Below, piece after piece: positions 1-11,419 of a stretch of DNA of 47,139 bases. Within the stretch, counting starts at the first letter, position 1. Every line of letters begins with the position of its first letter. This DNA is from Hemiscyllium ocellatum (taxonomy: Eukaryota). Below the pieces are notes generated by a model that saw only the letters and a program-made list of their open reading frames with translations, was not told the origin of the DNA and ran no database searches. The stretch is taken from the NCBI RefSeq assembly GCF_020745735.1, contig NW_026867481.1, positions 186,001-233,139 of the forward strand, written 5' to 3'. A program made the translations under genes and the position numbers.

Positions 1-1299
1 CGAATGTCTCCACATAATAAGTTCAGGCTTTGAATATAGATGTTGTTGGTACCAGAATAAATAATATTCAGTCCAGGCTGTGTCATAGGAACAACTTCAA
101 ATCATCGCTTCTCCTTCTGTCAAAACATCAGGTGACAGCAACAGAGTGGGAATCCATCTCACTCAGATTTGATAAAAAAAACATTTTCGAGGAGGAAAGG
201 ATCAGAGAAATCGATATTTAAAAATCAGTTTCATATCATAACCGAAAGTTGAGAGAAATAATGGAAAGTGATTAGATAAAATTAGCTGTCAGAAATGCTC
301 ACTGCCTAATGGAAACTCCAAGCAGCTGCATTGTCCTGGACGCTCTATGCAAGGAGTGTCGAACGTTTGAAGTCACTGGTTCGACTCGATACCCTAAATA
401 GTCTTCATTCATATATCAGCTCACTGTCTTCTGCTCTCAGAACGCAATGAAACTGATCGAATTTTGTTAGTTTGAATTGATTGGAAGAATTTCGAAATGA
501 TTTAAGACCAGCGATCACACAGGACGGTTTTTTTCCTATTTAACACGCGTGCACTGCTTTGAAACACATGCTGGTAATGAAAACTTATTATTTTATGCGA
601 CATGAAAATCGCTAGTTTTCTTAGCATTTATTGTTCATCCCTAATTTCTCTGGAATTCAGAGTGTCAAACTGCCTGAGCGCTGGTAGTAGTGACTCCCGT
701 GATCTGACCTCTACATCATTTTAATTCGAAAGATTCCGTATTGTTTTTCACAAAGGTCAATATGCCTGTCATAATATAGAGATGGACTGTACAATTATTG
801 AGCAAACAGATCTGAAGAACATACTACATTCTTACACTTAAAACACAATTTAACCTCTGTCCTAGACTGTACTTTAAGTTTCATATGCTGCTTGTGGTCT
901 AACACCAATGAGCTGCCCTTCTCCGTGCCTGTCAGCATCGATATGATAATATACAATCTTCAGATTCTGGATTTGCAGTGAGAGCATACAAAGAAAGAAG
1001 TATCGTAATTATTATTTCGATATTTACCATTCATTTATTCACAGTGCCAATCGACAGCTTCAGGACACCAACTTGCAACAATTCGTCTTGTCTGCAATTG
1101 GACCTGAAACCACTTTGCACTGGCATTTTACATATTCATCTAGATGGTTGTTAAATGTGTGAGTTTCCAACTCCACCATCATACCAGGCAGTACATTCCA
1201 TATGTCCTCCACCTCCACATGATATTCTTTTCCTCAGGTTGCCTCTGCTCTTCTTCATCCTCATCGTAAACATATGCTTTTCGGTCTTCGACACGTATC

Positions 1300-1630
1300 C
1301 CTGTGGAAAAGAAAATCTCTCGAGCTTTTCTATCTCTTCCGCTGATTGTTGGACACACCTCAATCTGATTCTCCTAAACCAAGTTGTTTTTGTTCAAAGA
1401 GAAACATATCCAACCTGAGGCTCTTCGTTAAAGGCATCATCCTGCTTTGTATTGTCTCCAGTGCAATGGAGGTTTTCCCGTTGAGGGACGAACAGAATGG
1501 TACGTGGTGTTGCATCTCTGGCTTAAGTAATGTTTTATGAGTTTGCAACAAAACTTTCTTGCCACTATATTCAACGACCCAACTAATGAAGGCAAACAGA
1601 CCATTTGCCTTGTTCATCACCCTCGCGATA
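1300..1630 (-). mobile_element. CR1-type LINE ORF2 C-terminal fragment, degenerate
   Basis: Minus ORF 1360-1620 (KANGLFAFISWVVEYSGKKVLLQTHKTLLKP...IALETIQSRM) resembles the CR1 ORF2 post-RT region (KANGMLAFI.RGIEYKS.EVLLQLYK.LVRP...ALERVQRR). Boundaries approximate. Confidence 0.8.
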
Positions 1631-1913
1631 TTTTTTCTATTCTGTTATGAAGTTGTATGCGTGTACTGTTCCTTTAAGAGAGTTTTAAAGCTGGCAAGGA
1701 CTTAACAAATAGAATGTGCTGGAATGTTCAAAAATGTAACATCTGTAAATGAAACAAATAGCAGAAGCAGAGTTGCTATGTTACACAACAAATTCGAATT
1801 TGACCAATCAGTGCACAAATCATGCCCCAAGATACCAATATCCAATCGAATTTTATTTTTAATGTTTTTAAGACATCGTTATGGTTCTGCTCGCCGAGCT
1901 GGAAGTTTTTGCT

Positions 1914-1953
1914 GCAAACGTTTCGTTCCCTGGCTAGGGAACATCATCAGTGC
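1914..1953 (-). ncRNA. Minimal type I hammerhead ribozyme motif, identical inverted copy
   Basis: Exact reverse complement of 2416-2455. Confidence 0.75.
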
Positions 1954-2415
1954 TGTTGGAGCCTCGTGTGAAGCGCTGCTTTGATGTTTCTTCCGGTATT
2001 TATATTGGTTTGTTCTTGCCGCTTCTGGGTGTCAGTTTCAGCTGCAGTGATTTGTATGTGAGGTCCAGGTCGATGTGTCTGTTGATGGATGTTCTTGCCG
2101 TTTCCGGGTGTCAGTTTCAGCTGTAGTGGTTTGTATATGGTGTCCAGGTCAATGTGTCTGTTGATGGAGTTTGGGGATGAATGCCATTGACATGCCACTG
2201 TCCATCAACAGACACATTGACCTGGACACCATATACAAACCACTACAGCTGAAACTGACACCCGGAAACGGCAAGAACATCCATCAACAGACACATCGAT
2301 CTGGACCTCACATACAAATCACTGCAGCTGAAACTGACACCCGGAAGCGGCCAGAACAAACCAATATAAATACCGGAAGAAACATCAAAGCAGCGCTTCA
2401 CACGAGGCTCCAACA

Positions 2416-2455
2416 GCACTGATGATGTTCCCTAGCCAGGGAACGAAACGTTTGC
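2416..2455 (+). ncRNA. Minimal type I hammerhead ribozyme motif (PLE-associated)
   Basis: GCA-CUGAUGA-U-GUUCCCU(AGCC)AGGGAAC-GAAAC-GUU-UGC: core CUGAUGA 2419-2425, 7-bp stem II, GAAAC 2445-2449, NUH triplet GUU 2450-2452, 3-bp stem I GCA/UGC. Confidence 0.75.
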
Positions 2456-3120
2456 AGCAAAAACTTCCAGCTCGGCGAGCCGAACCACAACAACGTATAC
2501 CCGAGCTACAAATCTTCAATCAGATTTTTTATAAGACATCAAACCAATGACTTGATCCGATGTTTTGGGTATAGAATTCGGACATATTGAACAGTTACGA
2601 GAGTGGCAATGAACATCGTACAGTCTGCAGACTCTCTCTCTGAAAGTTAAATTGCCCGCAGTGAAGCTGTCTTGGAAGATTTCATTTCACATGAAATCGG
2701 TGGAGACGAAGACCGGAGAAAAGAAGATAAGAAGATATCAATGGGAAAGCGGCAGCTGGCTTGTATCGAAATTTCATTTTTTGAACATATTCTGAGGTTT
2801 TTGTTACCAGATCAGTATATTGTTGCAGAGTGGGAGGGAGATATCTCCTTTAGACAAAGGAGGCGTACAGTGTAGATAGTGGGTCTTTAATCCTATTGTT
2901 TTTTCTAGAGGTAAAACTTTTTTTGTTTAAATAGTTTTTTTTGTCACTCATACTTTAATAGATTATGAGTTGAGATGAGTTTTTCTGGGTGTCTGGTTCA
3001 ATTTAGCGGAAGGATTTATCACGTGTGGTAACAATTCATTCAAGGGATGAGGACACTATCTAGGTTAGCATTTAAGCAGTTAAGACTCAATCACATTTCT
3101 GTTCATCTGTTGTCACATGT

Positions 3121-3300
3121 AGGCTAAACCAGGTGTGGATGACAGATTCATTCTCTGACGCACCTTGCTGAAACACTTGAGCTTTTCTAACAATCAGCTC
3201 AATTTCCACCATCTTCCATGGCAGAATTCGAATACGGTTCCCAAGAACCTGACCTGGGCCTCTGGAAGAACAGTCTAGCGAAAATAGTACTGGGTTATCT
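3121..3300 (-). mobile_element. tRNA-derived SINE fragment (second SINE family)
   Basis: Reverse complement of 3201-3232 (TTCGAATTCTGCCATGGAAGATGGTGGAAATT) matches 41781-41812, which carries a B-box GGTTCGAATCC. Confidence 0.55.
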
Positions 3301-3460
3301 CTAACCGAAGGGCTAACTTGCTGACATCTTCGGGGATCTGTGGACTTGTAGGCCTACAGATCTTCGCTCCTCATTGCTTTCTTACAAACATTGTGTGTAT
3401 CCTTCTTTTATTAGCGTTCTCAAATAGCAATATATTTCATGTAACAGGAATAAACTCCAC

Positions 3461-3700
3461 TCACCAGTATTCGCCCCAATTTACTATCTGACCCACGTCA
3501 CACCTTGGCTGTATGCCATCATCCATAACATTATCACTTTCCGTGAATTTTGCAAACGTACTAATTATACCTTCTGCATTCACATTTAAGTCGTTTATGC
3601 ACATAGCAAACAGCAAGGTTTGCAGCATCGACATTTGTGGTATGCCACTGGTTACAGGCTTCAAATCACAAAAATAACGCTCCATCATGACCTTTTTCCT
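3461..3700 (-). mobile_element. CR1-type LINE reverse transcriptase fragment
   Basis: ORF 3461-3688: KPVTSGIPQMSMLQTLLFAMCINDL...ISTFAKFTE resembles the RT core VTSGVPQGSVLGPLLF..YINDL...SKFADDT. Confidence 0.85.
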
Positions 3701-3870
3701 CCTGTCTACAAAGTATTTTTAGGTCTTTGTCAAAAGACGGATTGACGTTTTTCTTTTGGACAAGCTTTTCACGTAGGAACCTTGTCAAAGATCTCAGTGA
3801 TGTACATGTGAACAACTTTGATGTAGCCCCTCTACAAATACATTCATTAGCTTTTCAACACGAAACACAT

Positions 3871-4400
3871 TTAAATTAAACAGACTCCACTTGCAGAAAA
3901 CTGTGAACCTGAACCAAAACATGCTTTTGTTTCGCTACACTCGATCAGTCCCTTGTTCACCATGAATATTCTACGCTGATTTGACTTTCCAAATTGCAGG
4001 ACCTCACACTTATCTATAATAAATTCCACTTCCAATTTCTCTAAACAGTTGTCCAGCTGGTGAAGGTCGTGCTGCAATTTCTGTTAATTTTGGTCAGTAT
4101 CTGCGTTAGTTCCTCCTTTAGTGTCCAATGAAAAACTAGTAATCATCCTTTCTGAATTTTCATGCAAAACATTGCTATAGATAATAAACAGAACTGGGTC
4201 CAGCGGCCTCCTCTTAGGGCGGACACTTGTCACAGGTCCCTAGTCCTTCCAATATTACGCTCTGCTTCCTACCATGAAGCCAATTGTCGACTCAATTTTG
4301 CAACTCCCTCCCATTCATGCAATCGAACTTTCCAGAACAGCCTATCAAGTTGAACATTATCGAAGGCCTTACTCCCTACAAACGCCCATTCTGACTCTTC
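3871..4400 (-). mobile_element. CR1-type LINE reverse transcriptase fragment (second copy)
   Basis: ORF 3871-4077: QHDLHQLDNCLEKLEVEFIIDKCEVLQFGKSNQ resembles LQ.DLDQL..WAEKWQMEFN..KCEVLHFG.SNQ. A second degenerate PVTS...LFIIY.N.L motif lies near 4160-4240. Confidence 0.8.
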
Positions 4401-4701
4401 CTAGTCAGTCCGTGCAATTCTAAATACATGTATATCTAACCACTCAGAATCTTGTAAAACATAGAAGGTGCAATGAAATTCAACTTGTCAGTTCACAAAA
4501 TTTTATTCGGGGATATTTGATGTCCCAGTCAAGGTTTCTGCTAGCGTATTTTTTCAAATTACGGCAGTGCAGCTTAATATGCTTGCCGTTCGGATTCAGG
4601 TGGATATTGGGGCGCTGAAGTATTTTCACTCGTTCTTGTGCCTCGAATACAAAATGTTTCCATGTTTAGGAAATCTTCTATCCTCACCTCGTCAGGATAA
4701 A

Positions 4702-4850
4702 AGGTATTACCGGCCCACAGCTATGTGTTTGATTCTTAAGTGCAATTCTGGCTTCAGGGAGCGATAATAAATGTTGTTCAAACCCGTTTCTTTTAATGAC
4801 AACGTGGTCGCAGACTCTGCAGTGTATTACTGTGCGACACAGACATAGTG
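4702..4850 (+). pseudogene. TCR V-segment relic (3' half)
   Basis: One frame gives RYYRPTAMCLILKCNSGFRER**MLFKPVSFNDNVVADSAVYYCATQ. DSAVYYCA starts at 4813. Mutated heptamer CATAGTG at 4844-4850; no nonamer recognised. Confidence 0.7.
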
Positions 4851-5082
4851 AGAGAAACAGTGGATATGGCAATCAGTTTCTTGCATTTTGATTTCTGTCT
4901 GATTTCTGTTAAACATTCCCCAAAACAAGAAATTTACAAAAACTAGTGATTTCACAATTCATAAATTCATTCCTCATTAATTGACAAAATCTCAGAACGA
5001 TGATAAAATGTAGACAATTCTGTTCAATCAGACATTGTACACATGCAATATTAAAAGCATTTTCATGGGCAGAAGCGGAGCA

Positions 5083-5575
5083 NNNNNNNNNNNNNNNNNN
5101 NNNNNNNNNNNNNNNNNNNNNNNNNNNNNNNNNNNNNNNNNNNNNNNNNNNNNNNNNNNNNNNNNNNNNNNNNNNNNNNNNNNNNNNNNNNNNNNNNNNN
5201 NNNNNNNNNNNNNNNNNNNNNNNNNNNNNNNNNNNNNNNNNNNNNNNNNNNNNNNNNNNNNNNNNNNNNNNNNNNNNNNNNNNNNNNNNNNNNNNNNNNN
5301 NNNNNNNNNNNNNNNNNNNNNNNNNNNNNNNNNNNNNNNNNNNNNNNNNNNNNNNNNNNNNNNNNNNNNNNNNNNNNNNNNNNNNNNNNNNNNNNNNNNN
5401 NNNNNNNNNNNNNNNNNNNNNNNNNNNNNNNNNNNNNNNNNNNNNNNNNNNNNNNNNNNNNNNNNNNNNNNNNNNNNNNNNNNNNNNNNNNNNNNNNNNN
5501 NNNNNNNNNNNNNNNNNNNNNNNNNNNNNNNNNNNNNNNNNNNNNNNNNNNNNNNNNNNNNNNNNNNNNNNNNNN
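5083..5575. other. Assembly gap (493 N)
   Basis: Run of N. Confidence 1.
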
Positions 5576-6326
5576 ACCTTTGCACAGAAGTCTTTATTTT
5601 TGTATTATTATAATTGTTTATTGAATTTGTAAATATTTCTTTTTTTTTGCAGCTATTTCTTTTCATCTGGGGACGTTTCCGAGATCACTTCATAAGGGAA
5701 TTGTTGGAAAGACAATTGACTTTAGGACAAGTCTACTGCTACTTGACTTTGTATTCTGCTGCAGACATTCCCGTTATTATGAGCTTACCCCCACATTTAT
5801 GGAAGGAAATCAATCATTAATAGCATTTTCCATCTGAACATCCCTCCCAGTAATCGGAAAAACGAACTGTTGCGACAGCTTGGGGCTCTGACTGTACCAG
5901 TATGCAGAAGCATTAGACCCACTTTTTTTGCAGTTGTAGATCAATGCGACATTCTCTACACCCTCATTTTTTTAAAAATCGGAAAAGAGGTGTTCCACTG
6001 TACCATTTTAACACATGGAAAGCAGTTGAAAAACTGACAGCCAATATCTTTGCCACCATGTCTGTTGTTCGAACAAGAGTAACATTTGTATTGTAACTGT
6101 CAGTTTGTCTTTTTCTGAGAAGAAAATATTCACTGAGAATAGGTACAAAGACGAGGGGCGGTTGAGTCATTTCCAAATATTGATTTCTTACTTTGGACTT
6201 CTGAAGTGCAGTATATTTTCTGTCAAACCATAAATGCAGATCACTGCCCAACTGCGTTGCTGATCGAATCGATGACAAGAACGGTTCATGACAGTAATGT
6301 CTCAAACTGTGTAGGCTAGAAATGGG

Positions 6327-6497
6327 AAACAAAAGCAGAAATTGCTGGTAACCTTCAGCAGGTCTGGCAGCATCTATGGAGCAAAATCAGAGTTAATGTT
6401 TCGGGTTTAATAATGGATCACTACTGAACTGCTAAGTCCGTTTTCTATCCATAGACGCTGGCAAACCTGCTACGCTTCCCAAGCAATTTTTGTTTTC
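6327..6497. mobile_element. Short fold-back Penelope-derived element, degenerate
   Basis: Imperfect ~50-bp inverted arms (AAAAGCAGAAATTGCTGG...GCAGCATCTATGGA / TCCATAGACGCTGGCAAACCTGCT...GCAATTTTTGTTTT). The loop keeps CCCGAAACATT on the minus strand, the 3' half of a hammerhead. Confidence 0.6.
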
Positions 6498-6850
6498 CTA
6501 GCCAAGGACGCTCTCCGCTGCAGTTGGAAAAGATAGAGGAAAATAGTAACAGTATCGTCTCCGAACTGTGACCTGCCGTTTAAACATAGAAGACATTACT
6601 GATCATGCTTCAATACTCTATATCTTCCTTAATAGACCCAGCGTGGATTTTCGTTATCCAGATGCAAGTCTAAGTGGGGAAATAAGCTTTCCAAATATCA
6701 GGTCCACTTCTGCCATCCAGGTTTGGAGAATGGTTAATGGTACAGCTGGGACAGAGAAGCAGAATGAAGACATATTCTGTCGATCTGCTGCTTCACACAT
6801 GGGTATTTTCAGTATTTACTCTTCAAATTCGAGGAACCCAGTCAAAATTG

Positions 6851-6918
6851 CGTTGCTGGAAAAGCACAGCAGATCAGGCATCATCTGTGGAGCAGCAGAA
6901 TCGACGTTTTGGTCATGA
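6851..6918 (-). mobile_element. Truncated Penelope-derived short repeat (same family as 16942 and 25061)
   Basis: GCTGGAAAAGCACAGCAGATCAGGCATCATCTGTGGAGCAGCAGAATCGACGTTTT aligns to the reverse complement of 16966-17025. Confidence 0.75.
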
Positions 6919-6999
6919 AATAATATTGTGAAAATGTATGGTCAGAGCTCTGATCCCAGTTTAACTCCACTGTGCACAGGTCGGCAGAATGAATGAAGA

Positions 7000-7480
7000 A
7001 CTTTTCCCCACTCGTTGTTTCATGACCATGATTCAATTCTCTCTCCACGCAAATGTGTTATCTTCGACAATCTTGGCTCTTAAATTATGTCGTAAATACT
7101 TGTGAGGTACATTGAGATACATAGTCTGGAGATCCAAAACAACTAGTCCACTGATGCCCCTCAATCGACTGCAAGTGGCCTTCCTTCAAAACTATAATGA
7201 AAAGTTATACATTAAATTTCCCTTTCAAGAAGGCATACTGAACCTATTTTATTGGATCATGACGTTCTAAATGCTCTACTCTTCCTTAATAGTCGATTGT
7301 TAAACCTTCCCAACATCGATGTCAGGCTAATCTCCCTGTGCTTAGAGGTATTTCAACACTTTCGCTTTGAGAGTGAGGATGTCACATCGACTGTTTTCCA
7401 GTTCTCATGGTTGCAACCACAGCATGACTTTCAAAGTATTGCTTTGAAATCTTAAACAAGGGATCTTTAGCTTAAGGTGA
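7000..7480 (-). mobile_element. Degenerate CR1-type LINE fragment
   Basis: Nucleotide resemblance to the CR1 RT/3' segments elsewhere in the window; many stops; boundaries uncertain. Confidence 0.45.
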
Positions 7481-8751
7481 AAACATTGATGTGAATCCAA
7501 GGTCTTGCGTCTACTGAATGGTTACTTAACTAACTAAGCTACAACAAATTGCGTTTATTCCCAATTGAGCCAATTATCTAGCAATGTAAAACAAAGACAT
7601 GTAGTGATGGAGATCTGAAAAAAAGCAGGAAGTTCTGGATAAATTCTGCATGTATGGAAACATATATGTAAAATGAGTTCGCACTTAGGTTTAACACTCC
7701 TTTTGTCATGACAAAATACTGGAATCGAAGTGTTATCTCTGTTGTTTTTCTCCCTTCAGCAATATTTATGATTAATCTTGACCAAAAAAAAGGAAAATGC
7801 AGTTAATGGAATTGCAAATTTCACGACTTTAAATTTCAGTGAGTACCTGTTTTATAAAAAATGTGTTGGCCTTAAAAATCGACTTATTCTGCTTTTCAGA
7901 GTCATTTGTAGAGAGTCTGCACTCTCAATCACAGCAGATGCTTCCACAGAATGCAGTTTCAATTGAAATACAGTATGATGCCTGTCCTGTTATATTATAA
8001 ACAGTTTGCTAAACTATTGCGTCATTTTGAACACAAACATGTAATTTTGTTTTAAAGAACAGCTCCCACAACTTATCATTTCATATCTGTTAGTCAAAAC
8101 CTGCAGTTTTTTTTTAATCAAACGTAGCAGTTTGCCCCGGCTTATTTTCATACAATAGGATGCACTCACCGTATTGACCGCATCACTGGTTTAAAAACAT
8201 GACAATTGCTTCTCTTTATTTTAGATTTGGGGAGCTCAATTGTCACAGTGCAAACAAATTAATGCGAACTTTCCAATCTGAAACCAACACGAAATGAGTT
8301 ATTTTTCTTCAGGTTCAGAATTCAGTCTAATTCCTGCACTGGTCTCCATTCCATTCACTGCTGCCAGTCTGATATGAGGAACCGATGAATAAATGAGCTG
8401 TGAGCTCTTGGATCACACCTGCTTAATCTGTCAGCAATGAGACAGCAGAGATTGGATATTGTTCAACATTTACGGTATTCTAGAATTCAACAATTTCAAG
8501 GTCAGTTTGTTTTGTATAAATCCGTATTCACCCGGTAGAATCATGACTTTTGCTTTTAATGCATTATTTACAAACGCATCTGTCATAACTGGAACACATG
8601 TTAAATGTACACAATGTTCCACATAAAGGCATTGCTAACATTGTTTTAATTATGCATTATCTCTATTTCTACAATGTTCCGTTACCAGATGGTATTTGGT
8701 GCCATAGCTAGATGATGACATTTCTAAATTTCTGCATTTTGTGGCCCTACA

Positions 8752-9026
8752 GATTCTGTCTCTCAAGAGTCGGTTTCAGCAACAACATTTGAAGACTTTG
8801 CAATGACCATTAGTTACAGTCATTAGACCGCTGCTGCTACTGTTTAAACCTTGCAAAAATGTCATCAGATTTGATATACACCATAGACATTGTTGATCTG
8901 CTCTGTTATCAGATCTGAGTATGTGGGGTTTTCAGCTAAGATTGCCCATGAGTTTAATGAGGGGATTTCCACTATTCGTTATCTGTGGCTGTCTGACACC
9001 GTGACATGTTAATAAGAGACACAGGG
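8752..9026 (+). pseudogene. TCR alpha/delta-type V pseudogene, paralog of the V at 12458
   Basis: One frame: DSVSQESVSATTFEDFAMTISYSH*TAAATV*TLQKCHQI*...FSAKIAHEFNEGISTIRYLWLSDTVTC**. Aligns to DSISQEPNAIKLFEGDSVTIKFTY...FLSSLDTSNSEGNFTIGELQLSDS. Heptamer-like CACAGGG 9020-9026, weak nonamer ATAAACAAC after 23 nt. Confidence 0.7.
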
Positions 9027-10574
9027 AAGGAGCCGAATAATCTGAATAAATAAACAACTGTGAAAAAACTAAATTGATTACCAGGACTAAGAAAGTAATT
9101 GCAAGAAGACAATGCCTCTGCATAACTGCTCTCATCAACGAAGACCAAATAAGTGTGATTTCAGATGCAAATTAACTTCACAGTGAGGCTTTGGCAGAGG
9201 AAATTGGGTGCAGTCACCAATTCTCCCTTAAAATGCACATGACATGTTCGGTTTCTCCTGTTCGTTGGTAACTATTCCCACGTATATTTGTATGCTGCCT
9301 AACATGAAGTGACACCAGAAAATATTTCCCTGCTGCATCCTACATAGAAATTTCTCAATCACCACTTCACAAACTCAGTCTGACTTGTGATGGTGCGTGA
9401 AAAATGAACCACACAATCTAATTTCAACAACTATATTCTTGCACGGAAACTACTTCTTTCAGATCATTAAATGGTAAGGCGACTGGTCCGCTCAGTTTGA
9501 CTTCAAGCTGAATCTCAGACCAGTTAAAAATCAAATTGGTTCAACATTTAGTGAGCTTGCAAATTGTCCCTTTGGCCAGTGGCAACCTTCCTGTGTTTAC
9601 GTATCATTTTCTAAACATCCGAGCGCACCATTGATGTCTCTCTTCTTTCACATAAACGTTGACGTTGTCAAAACTCGTTCATCCTATCACATTATATACA
9701 GGAAGTGACCTCAAATTAAAGGCAGCCAGTGCTATCAGCTTTGTGTTGTCTGATATTGTTGTGGTTTCTGAGGCACAGAAACGTTTCTCAAATTCCGGTG
9801 CAGCAGTAATGTGGCTCTCCATTGTCACTCTGGGGGTGGTTACTTCCATGATTGGGAATAACTAAACTTTGAAATCGCATTTATTTTATCGAGGAATAAA
9901 CTTGACAAATAAAATTATTGCTTTTGGCAAGTATCGGAGCTAGATTGAAACACATTTTGGCTTTTGCATGCACTTTTGCGATCTATCTTACATGAGGAAC
10001 AAAAGTGCAGAAAACACAACATAGAAGCGAGTTTTGTGGATGATGCTGAATTGATAGATTATAGCTGTCACGAAACAGCGTATAAGGTTCCATTCCTTTG
10101 GCCTCTAATGAGAAGACTAACGGACGAATGGACTGAAGTATTTAGAATGAAGCAAATATATTTGGTTTCGGACATGGAGAGGAATGTACCTCTTGAGAAG
10201 TATTACAGATCTGTAAATTTAAATGAGAAAATGCTAGTGGCAAAGATTGGTTCAATGAGGATTTGAAGAGAAATATGTTTTGCCCCAGAGCAGGCAGAAA
10301 TGTGTTTGTCATTACGATGAGGAACATTTGGAGAAAACAATAACAATCTATTTAAAAGGAATCCAGATGAACGGGTGCAGATGAAATGGATGAAGCGTTT
10401 GTTGCTAGCATGAGAGGATGAAATAGGCAAGATGCCAATGTTTACACATGGGCATGAGCCTGACGGTGAGAATTAACTTTTTTCCTGCTCTCGATAAGGA
10501 AGTGTTGCAAATTTGGTTGAGTTCACTCATACATTTTGTCACCAATTGCGGCTTTATCTTACATTGTGTTTCAG

Positions 10575-10870
10575 ATCTGAACGATGCAGATTCTGTCACT
10601 CAGCGGGAGAGCTCGCTCACAGAGGGAGAAGACATCGCTTTAAACTGCACCAACAGCCGAAATGATCACTACTTATTCTGGTACTGTCTGTACCCAGGCA
10701 GACAGTCCGAGTTTGCAATCCAGAGGTAACTGAGTGGTGTTTCTGAAAAGAAGGCGGATTTCGCTCAGAACCTTTTTTCTGATACCGTCCAGCAGACAGT
10801 GAAGTTTGACCGATTGACCATCTCAGAGCTGGTGCGATCTGACACCACTGTCTAATAATGTGCAACGACT
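10575..10870 (+). pseudogene. TCR alpha/delta-type V pseudogene
   Basis: Acceptor TTTCAG at 10574, then DLNDADSVTQRESSLTEGEDIALNCTNSRNDHYLFWYCLYPGRQSEFAIQR*LSG...RLTISELVRSDTTV**CATT. Cys and Trp are kept; stops at 10727, 10853 and 10856 (YY replaced by TAA TAA). Candidate leader donor GTGAG at 10466. Confidence 0.9.
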
Positions 10871-10907
10871 CAGAGTGATGGAAGAGTGAAAGCCTTGTAC
10901 AATATCT
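10871..10907 (+). promoter_or_regulatory. Degenerate 23-type RSS
   Basis: CAGAGTG (critical third C mutated), 21-nt spacer, ACAATATCT. Confidence 0.65.
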
Positions 10908-11419
10908 GCTGCAGTATCTGTTTATCAGCTGCTGCCTGTTGAGGGCTGTTTATAACGGGTTGCACACTGACACTTAGGTACGTTCCTGTGAGAAAATGCC
11001 TGATGACTATCTGTCGAAAAAAATCTAAAGTCGTTCACATGGAATAGTGATGTTGATTATTGAACTAATTATGAGACTTACCTCATTGTCCTCCATTGTA
11101 TTTGGTGATGTGTGGAAAGCCCCGCTCACTTTCATTGAGAATACAGATTTTCAAACTGGCTTGTCATTAACTGTATCCACTGATCTTCTGATGAGAAAAC
11201 CTGGAATCTAATACGTCAAATCATTTTGGATAAGACAAACTGAATGAACAACAGTCGGTCATTGACGAACATCTGAATCATCACACTAACCTGATTGAGC
11301 ATATCTCAATATTGAAGTACACATATGAAAGATTGAAAATCCACAATAATGTAAGAAATAGATGGAATATTTTAGGGATATGATTTGAAGTTAACTAGGT
11401 AAGAAATTATCAGAAAACG

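Larger units (their letters stand above)
1882..2487. mobile_element. Penelope-like element 3'/pLTR fragment arranged as a long inverted repeat
   Basis: Arms 1882-2168 and 2201-2487 (287 bp each, 4 mismatches by manual comparison), 32-bp loop. Minus strand encodes WHSSPNSINRHIDLDTIYKPLQ, resembling the C-terminal end of a Penelope GIY-YIG ORF. Each arm has a hammerhead core. Confidence 0.85.

Noticed and set aside
1947-2422. Two near-identical 83-aa ORFs as duplicated small genes
   Set aside because: Mirror products of the inverted repeat; only the first ~25 aa resemble a PLE ORF end.
5000-5666. Three long ORFs of 192-212 aa
   Set aside because: Artefacts of translating through the N gap.
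5964-6332. 122-aa minus ORF, and a SAVYF motif on the plus strand
   Set aside because: No recognisable family; the motif is isolated and the ORF overlaps a repeat.
9680-9850. PEFEKRFCAS...DNTKL as a V FR3
   Set aside because: No second Cys, RSS or FR1/FR2; left uncalled.
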